Counted from the stretch's first letter, positions 39,499 to 50,445 are shown. The stretch is 64,000 nucleotides of DNA from an uncultured Bacteroidota bacterium (GCA_963772165.1 CAVYWA010000014.1:247363-311362); one strand, 5' to 3'. Numbers and translations are program-made. Notes: generated by a model from the sequence alone, not told the origin.

Positions 39499-40215
39499 TT
39501 GGGATTGGGTGGAGGACAAGTACGGGAGCGAAAGAAGCACCACAAACCCCTTCAAGACAAACTGATCGGAGAAAAAACAAATGGAAATGAACCCTCTTTT
39601 TTGGAAGGGTACGGAATGGTTTACCCCAACCCATCAGTTGAGATTCTCCAAAGGCGATGGGTCATCGTGGAATCGATTGCTGATGCCCTAAGTACTCCAC
39701 ACACAGCGAGCCTCGTGGCCCTCTGCGTATGCGGCCTGAAGGAAGATTCCATAATCAACCTATTGAACGAGAAGTTCAAGGCTGAAGACGATTCATTCAA
39801 CATCCGATCTAACATAGAAGGGTTGAGATCCCTCGGAACCGCGATCTTGGCTAGGATCATAGAATATGAGAAATCACAAAACTGCACATTCACCGCTCTT
39901 GCTGTCCATTGTGCTAGTTTTGGGAAATCGAAAGGGGACGCATTCACCGCAGATATCATTGAAATTGCTGGAAAATTTCTTGCAAAAAAAACGCTGCAGA
40001 TTCGATCGCGCACTTCAACCGAATCAAGCTTGATGAAAAACAAAGACCTTGAAGGGAACGATGTAGGGACACAAGCGCTCAATCTCGCCAAAGGGCTGCA
40101 AAAGAGCACTATGGAACTTGTGAAGAAATTGAGCACTAATTTTGAATTGCTAGCTGAAGAAAGCAATATGTTCTGGTGGTTAGTCGGGGAATCAGAACAT
40201 TGGGCGAGTCTCTAA
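39499..40215 (+). CDS. Hypothetical protein, probably a fragment of a larger frameshifted gene
   Basis: This 238 aa ORF is too long to arise by chance at this GC content. It overlaps neighbouring ORFs in other frames (39273-39590 and 40176-40601). Confidence 0.35.
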   Translation: MGLGGGQVRERKKHHKPLQDKLIGEKTNGNEPSFLEGYGMVYPNPSVEILQRRWVIVESIADALSTPHTASLVALCVCGLKEDSIINLLNEKFKAEDDSFNIRSNIEGLRSLGTAILARIIEYEKSQNCTFTALAVHCASFGKSKGDAFTADIIEIAGKFLAKKTLQIRSRTSTESSLMKNKDLEGNDVGTQALNLAKGLQKSTMELVKKLSTNFELLAEESNMFWWLVGESEHWASL

Positions 40216-40601
40216 TCGACCTTCCTCATCCTGCCCGTTTGCTATTAGCGGCCAAAGAGTTGGCTGCCCTGACCACTCTTAGACCAGGACCACCATCAGC
40301 CAAGGCGATTCTTTTAAAATGTGCGAAACTGACTAAGGATAAGTCAAGCGGATCATCTTCGCTGAAGCATGCCATAAATTCGATTCCGCAGGAATGGCTT
40401 TCTGCGACTCTCAATCCGAATAGCCAAGTTCTAGAACTTGCTAACACCTCTGATGTTTGCAGGACACAGACGAATGGAAAGCGGAAGCAAAACGGCATGG
40501 TCGAGCAGCTTTTGAAAAAGAATAGGGATACCTACAGACAAGCAGATATCAGATGCAGATCTGGCATTCCAGTATTATCAAGAATGTCTGCTCGAAGCTG
40601 A
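40176..40601 (+). CDS. Hypothetical protein fragment (continuation of the preceding reading frame chain)
   Basis: The 141 aa ORF has a GTG start and overlaps the end of 39499-40215 by 40 nt in a different frame. Confidence 0.3.
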   Translation: MVSRGIRTLGESLIDLPHPARLLLAAKELAALTTLRPGPPSAKAILLKCAKLTKDKSSGSSSLKHAINSIPQEWLSATLNPNSQVLELANTSDVCRTQTNGKRKQNGMVEQLLKKNRDTYRQADIRCRSGIPVLSRMSARS

Positions 40602-40692
40602 ATTCAAAACATTGACAGAGGAGTAAAATTGGGAGACGAAGAAATCGTGAATAAAGATCAACCAACAGGTACTTGGAGAAATTAGAGAATCG

Positions 40693-42333
40693 ATGTCGGT
40701 CGCTTCAAAGGGAAAGGGAGAGGCAGATCAGGGAGAAATGCGAGAGCTGTTTTCAGGTGAAGACTTGAAGGCTGCAGACGTTGAGCGGATAATGGATTCA
40801 TCAGGAACCAGGTTGATCGTTCTTGCTGGCGCTGTGGATGCTGGCAAAACAACATTATTGCTGACGATAGTTCATCAATTCTACAAGGGCGGATTTGGGG
40901 ACTTCAACTTTGCGGGGTCAAGAACACTACTTGCGTTTGATAGAAGAGCTTTTGATTCAAATATTATATCAGGAAGAACTGTACCGACCACTCAACATAC
41001 AATTTCGAGTCTTGATAACATCAAGTTTCTGCATCTGGCAGTTAGAAATAAAGATATGAGTGGGCCAATAACCAACTTGCTATTTACAGATATCTCTGGG
41101 GAGAATTTTCGGGATGCGAGCGACTCTGTTGAGGAATGCCGCAAACTTTGGGTTCTCCGTCGAGCCGACAGATTGGTTCTTTTATTCGACGGGAACAAGA
41201 TAGCCGATCCGGCTAACGCCAGAAAGCGAAAGTAGAGGGAATGATGTTGCTGAGAAGATGCGTCGAAGCGGAAATGATTGGCGGACAATCCAAAATCGAT
41301 ATCATCTTCACAAAAAAGGATATCTTAGAAACCTCTCCAGATAAAGGAAGAGCACTTCCGTTTGTGGATGAGATAAAGGCCGAAATTCTGAGTAAGTTCA
41401 TGGGCTCTTTGGGAACTATTAGTTTCTTCTCTGTCGCGGCTCGTCCAACGATGAAGCCAATACTTGGCGAGACTTATGGCTTCAAGGAATTCCTACCAGC
41501 TTGGATTGATGAGAGTCCATTTATTCGGACGATAAAAAGAGACGTTCCGAACACGTTATCCGAAAATTCCCGAATGTTTTTATCTTCGAAGCTTGAGGAG
41601 GAATATGTGATAACTGATGTAGCAATTCATCGGTGCAGTCAACTTCTGGTCGGATTACCAGACACAGGGAAGTCGACCTTCCTTGCTGCTTTGTATCACC
41701 AGGTTGAAGGCGGTGACATCAAAGGTTCTTTGGTATTGGAGAGGTTAGGGTCTGATATCGAGTATCTAAACAGAATCAGGGAAGATTGGTTGAAATGCGA
41801 AAAGATTAGTAGAGCTACTGGTGTCAAAAGCAAAAAAGTACAATGCTTCTACGGGATCCCAACACATCATTACTTTCAGGGTCACGATTCCTGATTTACT
41901 TGGTGAGATTTTTGACCATCAATTCGAGGAGAGAAGATGGACTGATGAATTCGAAGAAATGGTTATTTATGTAATGGTCTCGTGGTTTTTATTCATCCCG
42001 ATAAAGTCACTCCGGTGAGATCTATTATGGAGGCAAACGTTGTAGTGGAAATGGTTGAAGAAAAGGACTCTCTAATGCCCCCCTTGTAACATGGACGGCA
42101 AAGGGTCCGCGACTCAGATAAAGTTGGTAGATATTCTCCAATGCATACTCGATGGTACGGCTGAGGATAAAGTTACTCCCGTTGCGATTGTAATATCGGC
42201 GTGGGATCGGGTGCTTTCATTACCTAAAGAGTGCGGCGGAAATCCCAAAAGATTCGGTCAAAAAGAGACTGCCTTTGTTGAACCAGTTCTTGGATTGAAT
42301 TACGAGAGGTTATTACAAGATATTCGGAATTAG
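40693..42333 (+). pseudogene. Double-GTPase-like (two tandem P-loop GTPase domains) gene with three or more frameshifts
   Basis: Domain 1 reads GAVDAGKTT (G1), DISGE (G3) and, after the first frame break, ..KIDIIFTKKDIL (G4). Domain 2 reads GLPDTGKST (G1), ..PDLLGE.. (G3) and ..VAIVISAWD... Frame changes occur at ~41217-41235, ~41821-41894 and 42018-42091. Confidence 0.5.
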
Positions 42334-42497
42334 TGTCAAGGAGGCGATTATACAAAGGACAAAGCAAATATTGGGTGAGGCATCGAAAAGGGTTCTTGTT
42401 TATTCAGATACCGGAGCATATGACAAGGATATTTCCGCTCCTATAATAAACAATGGGCAATGTCACTTGTTCCTTTAGAAGAACGTGGTAAATATTA

Positions 42498-43095
42498 TTG
42501 ATGGTACTACATCAAACATTACACGGTTATTGGGACTGTCATAGATTGCTTCAGTCATCATTGGATCTGGACTCTTCAGAAAAAAGAACTTTGTTGTCGA
42601 TGTCAGACATGTCAGGTCCTAGAATGGTCAATGGCTTCGAGGAAGATCTCCTCAGGGTACCCGATTCCTTAATTGAGAGTACTTTGCATTTGCCAAACCA
42701 TGGTACGCTAACGAAATGCCTCGTCCAGGTTGTGTTTGGACTCACTGGGTTATCGACCGAGAAGACGAATCTTGCCATACTTGTTAGAAATACTATTATC
42801 GCTTTTCACTCGTCCGGGTGCCGTTTCTTCCATATTATCGTATGGTCGAGATGTTGTTATTGATGAAAGCCTGACAGTAAATAGAAATGTCAAACTCGTA
42901 AGACTTGACCTTGGAAGGATCAGTCTGAATGCGAGGAACAAAACAGCCTTGTTTGCCTTACCCTACAAGCCTATATTTTTGATTTCTTCTAATGCAAGAG
43001 ATTTCGAATATGTTCCGCTAGGGATCTGGAAAGGAATCTGGCCAGGATTAAGAGTCTGTATATGTGTTTTTTGCAGTTGCTTTTTACATTCTTAA
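42498..43095 (+). pseudogene. Hypothetical gene split across two frames near 42820
   Basis: The ORFs 42498-42863 and 42730-43095 overlap, and a +/-1 shift would join them. Confidence 0.3.
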
Positions 43096-43391
43096 ACAGA
43101 GTCATTGACAATACACCTTTGGATCTTCAGATAATTCCTCGCTCAAGCCTATCTACAATAAGACGAAGCCAATAATGCTCTGTTCCTCGACGAGGAATCA
43201 AAAGGTATCGACGAACTAGGCGATGTGCGTGAAATGGCGGAACTTCAGAAATGATTACAAAAACCTAAGTTTTTCAATTTCGCCACTCAATATACCTCAG
43301 ATATGTCAGGCGGAAGAGAATTAATGATGCTCTAAGCTCGATCTTTAAACTCATAGAAGACACCAAAAATGACACTAAATCAATAAGTGAG

Positions 43392-44600
43392 TTGACCCGA
43401 GGTATAGCACTTGCGTTTCCAAGTCCAACTGAGGCAGCGAGATTGAAGAAATCCCTATATACACCATTCTCGGACACTTTATTGGATCCTATGTTGATAG
43501 ACAAGAAAGAAGCCGAATTGCTATTGGAACTGATCACAACGCCATTTATCGGTTGTATGAACACACAAGAGTTATCTATTACATATAGGACCAGGTCCTT
43601 TTGGTTGCAATCAAGGCCTGAAGCAAAGAGACTTCTTCTGGATACTCTGGAGCTTGACCACAATTCGCTGTTTGATGAGTTTCTTTCAGCTACAGCGTCA
43701 GTTCTATCACCTGAAGATATTTTAGAAATAAGTCATTCGAAACCCAAACTCTTACCTTTCTTTATTCTCAGCAATCCCAAGTTGGCAACCTCGCCTCAGT
43801 TATGGAAAACTTCAGTAGATGTGCAACGTGAGATTTTTGATGTCCTAAAAGAGTCCAAGGACAGCAGTTCTATTGATTGGAATGCAGTGGTGACAGCTAT
43901 TTTTGCTGCAGGTGCGGAACATCTGAGTGTGGTCATTGTAGAGAGAATTGGTTTGCTTCCATTTCTAGGTATTCTCGACAAAATTAAATTTTCTCCAGCG
44001 GATTTTTCACAACAATGGAAGAGGGCCACTGCTTCGAAAGATTCTCTTGTATGTAAATGGCTTGAGATCAGCAATTCTCCTTCTCAGAATATCCTTACTC
44101 TGTTTGCTCTGTCAAGTGAGCCACGTTCATGTATTTTTGACGCGTCAAACCTCGCTCCTTGGGTACGTTTAGCAGATTCCTTGGAATCCTTCAATTCAAG
44201 CATCAGAATCAGAATAGCGGCATTCTTGTTGGCATTGGGCCTCTACAATCAGGATCAAGAAACATATAAACTCGTAACACGCAGCTTCCAAATTGTCCAT
44301 GATGCAGCTGAGAAGGATAACCTCCCTTACGACTCATGGCGCCTTTTGGAAGGGTTGGTTCCTGAGTTGTCTTGGACAAAGAACTGGGACAAGTGCGAAC
44401 GCCTTATACGCGGGGTGGTGGAACGTTACTCGAACTGGAAGTGGCCCATATCTTCGTTTGTTCAAGTTACAAATCGAGAGGATACTCTTAAACGAATTCT
44501 CAAACGGTGTATGAAGAACCCCGATGGAGTCCAATTTGTGCAGCTACTCAAAAAAGAACAGTCCGGTGGACTTAAGCGAGTTATCAAAGAGGTAGAATAA
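43392..44600 (+). CDS. Hypothetical alpha-helical protein
   Basis: The 402 aa ORF has no recognisable motif. It lies between the decayed GTPase region and hsdM. Confidence 0.4.
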   Translation: MTRGIALAFPSPTEAARLKKSLYTPFSDTLLDPMLIDKKEAELLLELITTPFIGCMNTQELSITYRTRSFWLQSRPEAKRLLLDTLELDHNSLFDEFLSATASVLSPEDILEISHSKPKLLPFFILSNPKLATSPQLWKTSVDVQREIFDVLKESKDSSSIDWNAVVTAIFAAGAEHLSVVIVERIGLLPFLGILDKIKFSPADFSQQWKRATASKDSLVCKWLEISNSPSQNILTLFALSSEPRSCIFDASNLAPWVRLADSLESFNSSIRIRIAAFLLALGLYNQDQETYKLVTRSFQIVHDAAEKDNLPYDSWRLLEGLVPELSWTKNWDKCERLIRGVVERYSNWKWPISSFVQVTNREDTLKRILKRCMKNPDGVQFVQLLKKEQSGGLKRVIKEVE

Positions 44601-44785
44601 GCATCAGTCGGTTCATCACTTTCCACATTTTTTCCTCCGCAGCACTCTACTAGAAATCCAATTTTGAGAGAGTAATCTGCTTTCGCGTTAGGTAGGTGGA
44701 AGGTGGCGAACATAGTTTAACATGTAGCATCCCGACCCGAAGGTTCCTCAGTGGGGGAACGTTACTCATAACATCGTCAATACGA

Positions 44786-46286
44786 ATGCTCACCGACCCA
44801 CAACTTAAATCTAAAGTCGACGCTCTCTGGGACCGCTTCTGGTCCGGCGGCATCGCCAATCCTATTACTGCCATCGAGCAGATGTCCTATCTCATATTTC
44901 TCAAGCGGCTGGAGGATATGGACAATGCCCGTGCTGCGGGCGCGAAGAGAAAGAACGAATTATATCGTTCTATTTTCCACGGGAGCAAAGACTGTCGGTG
45001 GTCTGTACTGGAGTCAATTGCCTGGCGATCAGATGCTAAAGCATGTACGTGACAAGGTCTTCGACTTCCTGCGCGAACTTGGGAGCAACACAAGCTCGTT
45101 TACCCAGCACATGCAGGATGCCGTCTTCATCATCCCGAAGGCATCGCTGCTGCAGGAGGGGGTGAAGATCATCGACGATATGCACATTGCCGAGCAAAAC
45201 ATCGATGTGCAGGGAGATCTCTACGAATATCTGCTAATGCAGCTCACCACTGCGGGGAAGAACGGACAGTTCCGGACGCCAAGGCACATCATCCGGATGA
45301 TGGTGAAGCTGGTAAACCCGAAAGTGGGCGACCGTATCTGCGACCCGGCTGCGGGCACGGGCGGGTTTCTAGTGAACGCGTACGAGCACATACTCGAATC
45401 GAACACATCCCCCGACGTTCTTGAATACGACGACGAAGGGAAACCGCATCACTTAATCGGCGACAAGATCGCGGATAAGAAGCTGCTGAAGTTTCTGAAG
45501 AGCCAGGCGTTGACAGGTTACGACTTCGACGCGACGATGACGCGCATCGGCGCAATGAATCTGATGCTGCACGGGATCGACAATCCGAATTTTCGGTATA
45601 CAGATACACTCTCAAAGTCGTTTACCGAGAAGGGACAATACGACGTAATCCTCGCCAACCCGCCATTCAAGGGATCGATCGACAAGAGCGACATCAACGA
45701 ACGCTTCTCAACGAAGACGACGAAAACGGAATTGCTTTTTATTGAATTGATGTACGACCTCTTGGTGACCGGCGGACGTTGCGGCGTGATCGTGCCCGAC
45801 GGTGTATTGTTCGGGACGAGCAACGCACACATTGCAACGCGGCGGATTCTTGCTGACAAGTGCAAGCTCGAAGGCGTTGTCTCGATGCCATCTGGAGTAT
45901 TCAAGCCCTACGCCGGAGTCTCGACTGCGGTGCTCGTGTTCCAGAAAGGCGGCACCACGGACAATGTCTGGTTTTATGACATGAAGGCGGATGGTTTCTC
46001 GCTGGATGATAGGCGACAGAAGATAGCCGAGAACGATATTCCCGACATCGTTAAGCATTGGGGAGATCGAGGCAAATCGAAAATCGGCAATCGTAAATCG
46101 AAAATGTTTGCCGTTCCCGCCGACGAAATCCGTTCCAACAAATACGACCTATCCATTTCACGATACAAGCTAATCGAGCACAAGAAAATTGAATACGAGA
46201 AGCCGGAGGCGACGATGAAGAAGTTACTGGAGTTGGAGAGAAAAATCGGAAACGATATTGAATCAATTCAAAGAATGCTTAAATGA
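44786..46286 (+). pseudogene. hsdM: Type I R-M methyltransferase subunit HsdM, frameshifted near 44990-45020
   Basis: The HsdM_N segment (MLTDPQLKSKVDALWDRFWSGGIANPITAIEQMSYLIFLKRLED..RWS) is in one frame. The methylase core (..DPAAGTGGFL..ANPPFKG..) is in another frame (44925-46286). Confidence 0.7.
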
Positions 46287-47413
46287 CCCAGCGCAAGTTG
46301 CAACTTGGGAGCCTTGTATCAATCGTAAAAGGTAAAAAACACGATGAGGTTTCTAACATTCCGTCGCTTGGGTCCAAGAGGTATATTCAAATCGATGATC
46401 TCAGGAACAATTCCAATTTGAAGTATACGACCAATTCTGGAGTGGAAGTCGGCATTGACGACGTGATTATTGCCTGGGATGGTGCAAATGCTGGTACAAT
46501 CGGATTTGGATTGAATGGATATATTGGAAGTACTCTTGCTCGACTAAGGATTATTGATGCTCAAGTTTATTCAAAATTCTTGGGATGGTGCCTGCGCGGT
46601 CAATCAGTTTCAATAAGGGAGAAATGTACCGGCGCAACAATTCCTCATGTCAACAAGTCTTTTCTCCAATCTATCGATGTACGCCTTCCCCCTCTTCCCA
46701 TCCAAAAACAAATCGCCGAAATATTAGAGAAAGCCGATACAACTCGTGAGATGCGTCTGGAGGCTAATGAACTCACCCAACAGTTTTTACATTCGGCCTT
46801 TTTGGAGATGTTCGGCGATGGGACGCACAAGCGTGTAAAGTTGAGAGATGTTTGTCGAATCATTACGGATGGCACGCACATCACTCCAAAGTATCTAAAT
46901 CAGGGAGTACCTTTTGTCTCGGTGAAGGATGTAAGGAGTAAGAAAATTGATTTCAATAATGTAAAGTATATCTCTCGTGATGAGCATCTTTTCATTACAA
47001 AAAGGTGTAGACCAGAAAAGGGGGATATCCTTTATACAAAAGTTGGTGCGACATTTGGTAACGCTGTACTGGTTGATCTAGATACTGAATTTAGTATCTT
47101 CGTGAGTCTTGCATTACTGAAACCTAAGTTTGATATAATTGAGCCACACTTTTTGCATTACATGATGAACACTGATTTTGTGAAGAGCCAGGCACGGCAA
47201 CGGATAAAAGGAATTGCTGTTCCTGACTTACATTTGATCGAGATCAAAGACTTTGATATCTACCTGCCTGAGATGGCTGAACAGCGAAAATTTCTCGGCT
47301 TAGTCGAGAAGGTTGAATTGCTCCGTGTTAAACAGCGAGAATCGGAGAAAGAGCTAAACAATCTCTTCAACAGCCTTATGCAGAGAGCGTTTCGAGGGGA
47401 GTTGGTGGAGTGA
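46283..47413 (+). CDS. hsdS: Type I R-M specificity subunit HsdS
   Basis: The 376 aa ORF has a start overlapping the hsdM stop (ATGA). It has two TRD-like halves and the conserved central and C-terminal coiled regions. Confidence 0.7.
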   Translation: MTQRKLQLGSLVSIVKGKKHDEVSNIPSLGSKRYIQIDDLRNNSNLKYTTNSGVEVGIDDVIIAWDGANAGTIGFGLNGYIGSTLARLRIIDAQVYSKFLGWCLRGQSVSIREKCTGATIPHVNKSFLQSIDVRLPPLPIQKQIAEILEKADTTREMRLEANELTQQFLHSAFLEMFGDGTHKRVKLRDVCRIITDGTHITPKYLNQGVPFVSVKDVRSKKIDFNNVKYISRDEHLFITKRCRPEKGDILYTKVGATFGNAVLVDLDTEFSIFVSLALLKPKFDIIEPHFLHYMMNTDFVKSQARQRIKGIAVPDLHLIEIKDFDIYLPEMAEQRKFLGLVEKVELLRVKQRESEKELNNLFNSLMQRAFRGELVE

Positions 47414-47420
47414 ACCAACG

Positions 47421-48777
47421 ATGTCAACTGCAATGAACAAGCTTCTCATTCTTCTTATGTTGCTCACTTCAAACCTATACGGGCAAGTGAACGTGAGCGA
47501 GGCATTTCAGAACACACTTAAAAAAGTCGCCAAGGAACGTGTGAAGGAGGACGTTATCTCATGGATAACTGAGCAGGACGTTATCGGCGGCATTGTGGGT
47601 CGCGACCTTATCGCGCAACTGCTTGACGGAAAAGACGAAGCAACTCTCCTGCGGAGCACCACCAACGTTGTCTCCACAATGCTATTTCTAGGGGGTATCA
47701 AAGTGTACGTACAAAAAATTGGTCCAAGAAAACCCTGATGTCATTGAACAGGCAAGATCTGCTGGTTGGACGAAAGAACAACTCATCGGTTATTCATGCT
47801 TGTATTATTACTTTTCCGAAAGAATAAAGTACAAGCTTTATGTTTCTCCGGAAATACTGAAAATGTCCCAAGAAAAGTCTCGGATAGAGTCATTCAAAAC
47901 CTCAAGTGGTCGAAAATGGACGGTTGTGGTATCAGGACGATTAATTAGGGCGAGACGCGAGGACAAGAACCTTTCTGTGGATGTCAGAATTTTGGAATAT
48001 GTTGATGCGAGTCTATGGTCCCTTATTTCCGACAGGGAGAAATATTTCTCAAATTTTGAAAAAAATTTCAATTCTTTACTGCAGATGTTTGAGACCGACC
48101 AGAGGTCCCGGCAACTCATACTTGATTTGGTAGACACTTCGTCGGGTCACAGGAGCATCGAAAAACTTTTTAAACTCTACCAACAATACTTCGATTCGTC
48201 TTACACAATGGACAAGGTCTTCGTGACAACAAGCAACGAATCACGGACAGATAAAGATGTCGGTCAAAATACTGATTCCACCGACCAGGGCAGCACGACA
48301 AACCTTCTCATAGAAGCTTACTCGGGGATGGTCTCAACAGCTCAGTATGCCTTTGTCAATCAAGAACAGTATAAGACAGTCATTTTAGGGACGATCAGAG
48401 ACATTCTCGAAACCTGGATTCATCAGGCTAGGCAAAATGGCTGGAGATTTGATTATGCCGTATCTCTTTCGGCGACAGCGATTGAGCGGAACCAGAATGC
48501 TAACCTGGACTTCACTGTTCTGGATCAAATCCGATTTGTCAACTACTACGAATCCACGCGGATATTTGTGTATCTGGGAGGTTTCCTCGATCCACTTTTG
48601 AAGAGCACGGTCAATAAGGGAGGCGATAAGGTCTACTTGGGCGGAATTGGAGTTGGGTGGAATGCAGTCTTTCTTGCCGTTTCGGCTGGTGTAGAGTATC
48701 CTAATGTCGTTTTGAAAAATACACGGCTTGCGCTTTCTTTTGGTTACGAGATTCCGGTTACCGAAATATGGGAGTGA
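47421..48777 (+). pseudogene. Secreted hypothetical protein split by a frameshift at an A6 run (~47713-47718)
   Basis: ORF 47421-47738 carries the signal peptide. ORF 47719-48777 has only a TTG start. Deleting one A joins them into a ~451 aa protein. Confidence 0.4.
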
Positions 48778-48906
48778 CCTATTGACATTCACGAACGAAA
48801 TATTTATTTTTGCGAGTGAAGTTGAGCATATGCTGCCACACTACCACTACTCTACTACTACGACAGGCGCTAACCACTAACAGAGACTTTAACTACGTCT
48901 AATAAG

Positions 48907-48946
48907 AATGCTCAATTCTCAATTTAAGAATTGAGCATTTTTGTTT
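48907..48946 (+). terminator. Rho-independent terminator
   Basis: A perfect 12-bp stem (aatgctcaattc / gaattgagcatt) with a 9-nt loop is followed by tttgttt. Confidence 0.6.
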
Positions 48947-49040
48947 CTGTTAGTAAGGCCATTGTTAAGGTCTCAGGACTGAATCAGAGACTTCGACAAT
49001 GTCTCTAAACCACACTTGATGTAATAGTAGGGAAGAAACA

Positions 49041-50234
49041 ATGTATCCTTCAGAAATGCTTCCGGAAATGATCTTTGATGATCCCAGCCTCGCGCTTATC
49101 TATACTTTTTGTCTTAGTCGGATAGGAAAACCATTCGAAAGAACTCGCATCGACGGGCATATAGTCTCATTGCGGACTAATGAAACCGCTATCCGCAAAA
49201 GTGACTTCCATAGACTTCCTATAGAGGAGGACAGAATCAATGAAATTCTGTCAGAGTTACAGAATCTTCGGCTTATGGAAGTTTCACACCGTGAATCATT
49301 TGTTCTCACCTACTTTCCTAACCTTTCGCTCCCACCAGAACCAAGGAGTTCACTGTCCGAGAACGGCCCGGGTCAACTTCCCCTAATTTCATTTAACGAC
49401 TTTTCACAGCGATACCTAGCTCATTTAGATAGCAATAACTATGCTCCGAAGACAATAGAAAACGCAGAAAGAGTATGTAAGATGTTTGGCAAATGGAAGG
49501 GGACATCTATGTTGAGCCAGTTGCATTCCTCTGATCTGGAGAATTATAAGGAAGAAAGAGGATCGGTCGTGAAACCTGTGACGGTCAATATTGATTGTCG
49601 AACGCTCAAAGCTATGTTGGAACAGGCGATCCGCTGGGGCTATCTCAAAGAGAATCCCTTTAGAATAGTTCTTGAGATCCGGATTGACAGTAAATTGCCA
49701 CGGTTTCTTACAAGAGACGAATTCAAAGCAATAATTTCTCTTATTGATGATGATATGCTAATAAATGTTTGTAAATTTGGCGTCCTGACTGGTGCCCGAA
49801 GAGGAGAAATTTTGAATTTGCAGTTGAAAGACATCGACTTTGAGAATCACTTGATAACAATACAATCATCAGAAAACTATCGAGTGAAACATGGAAAAAG
49901 TAGAATCATACCATTGCCGAAAGCTGTTATGCCAATTTTGAAATCAATAGAACCTTCCGATATATTTGTTTTTGACATCGAGGGCAATTGGAAGGCCAAA
50001 GAAGAGTTTGTCACGAAAGGATTCAAGAAATTCTCGAGGGCTGCCGGGCTCGACGAGGAAGTTAAGTTTCACACGCTTCGAGCTACCGCTGCCTCATGGT
50101 GGGCACAAGCGGGGGCAACCGCTCTTCAGATCAAAGAACTACTAGGTCATAAGTACGTAAAAACAACTGAGCATTATACTCGAATTCCACCGACCGAGTT
50201 GCGCAATGTTGTGGACTCTCTTGCACCATTCTGA
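49041..50234 (+). CDS. Tyrosine-type site-specific integrase (second copy, attR-proximal)
   Basis: The 397 aa ORF reads ..TGARRGEIL..HTLRATAASWWAQAG..LLGHKYVKTTEHYTRI. It ends 120 bp before the right direct repeat. Confidence 0.85.
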   Translation: MYPSEMLPEMIFDDPSLALIYTFCLSRIGKPFERTRIDGHIVSLRTNETAIRKSDFHRLPIEEDRINEILSELQNLRLMEVSHRESFVLTYFPNLSLPPEPRSSLSENGPGQLPLISFNDFSQRYLAHLDSNNYAPKTIENAERVCKMFGKWKGTSMLSQLHSSDLENYKEERGSVVKPVTVNIDCRTLKAMLEQAIRWGYLKENPFRIVLEIRIDSKLPRFLTRDEFKAIISLIDDDMLINVCKFGVLTGARRGEILNLQLKDIDFENHLITIQSSENYRVKHGKSRIIPLPKAVMPILKSIEPSDIFVFDIEGNWKAKEEFVTKGFKKFSRAAGLDEEVKFHTLRATAASWWAQAGATALQIKELLGHKYVKTTEHYTRIPPTELRNVVDSLAPF

Positions 50235-50355
50235 AAATGTGCTTGCGATGAGTAAACAATTTTCGTATATTTTCAACAGTCAACGACACCTAACAGTCCA
50301 CCTAACAGTTTTGAGTGGATATTACAGGGTAGATAAGGTGAAAATTGGCGAAAAC

Positions 50356-50410
50356 AGAGAGATTTCACACGGGGTCGTAGCTCAGTTTGGTTAGAGCGCC
50401 TGCCTGTCAC
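50356..50410 (+). repeat. attR-like 55-bp direct repeat
   Basis: Identical to 19188-19242. Confidence 0.85.
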
Positions 50411-50445
50411 GCAGGAAGTCGAGGGTTCGAGTCCCTTCGGCCCCG
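50371..50445 (+). tRNA. tRNA-Asp (anticodon GTC)
   Basis: A cloverleaf can be drawn with acceptor GGGGTCG/CGGCCCC, D-arm GCTC..GAGC, anticodon stem CCTGC/GCAGG with loop CTGTCAC, and T-arm GAGGG-TTCGAGT-CCCTT. CCA is not encoded. Confidence 0.85.

Larger units (their letters stand above)
19188..50410. mobile_element. ~31 kb integrative genomic island inserted in tRNA-Asp, bounded by 55-bp direct repeats, with two tyrosine integrases
   Basis: Direct repeats flank the element. Tyrosine recombinase genes lie just inside each end (19374-20375 and 49041-50234). The cargo is RM/defence-like and Fic/RadC. GC content is heterogeneous, with an AT-rich block at 27-32 kb. Confidence 0.8.

Noticed and set aside
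39273-39590. ORF 39273-39590 was considered as an independent gene.
   Set aside because: It overlaps both neighbouring frames in a chain of frame switches. It is better explained as part of one degraded gene than as a stand-alone 105-aa protein.
40693-41235. The first P-loop ORF could be a stand-alone small Ras-like GTPase.
   Set aside because: The G4-like TKKD motif and a second GTPase domain follow immediately in other frames, which indicates one larger tandem-GTPase gene broken by indels.
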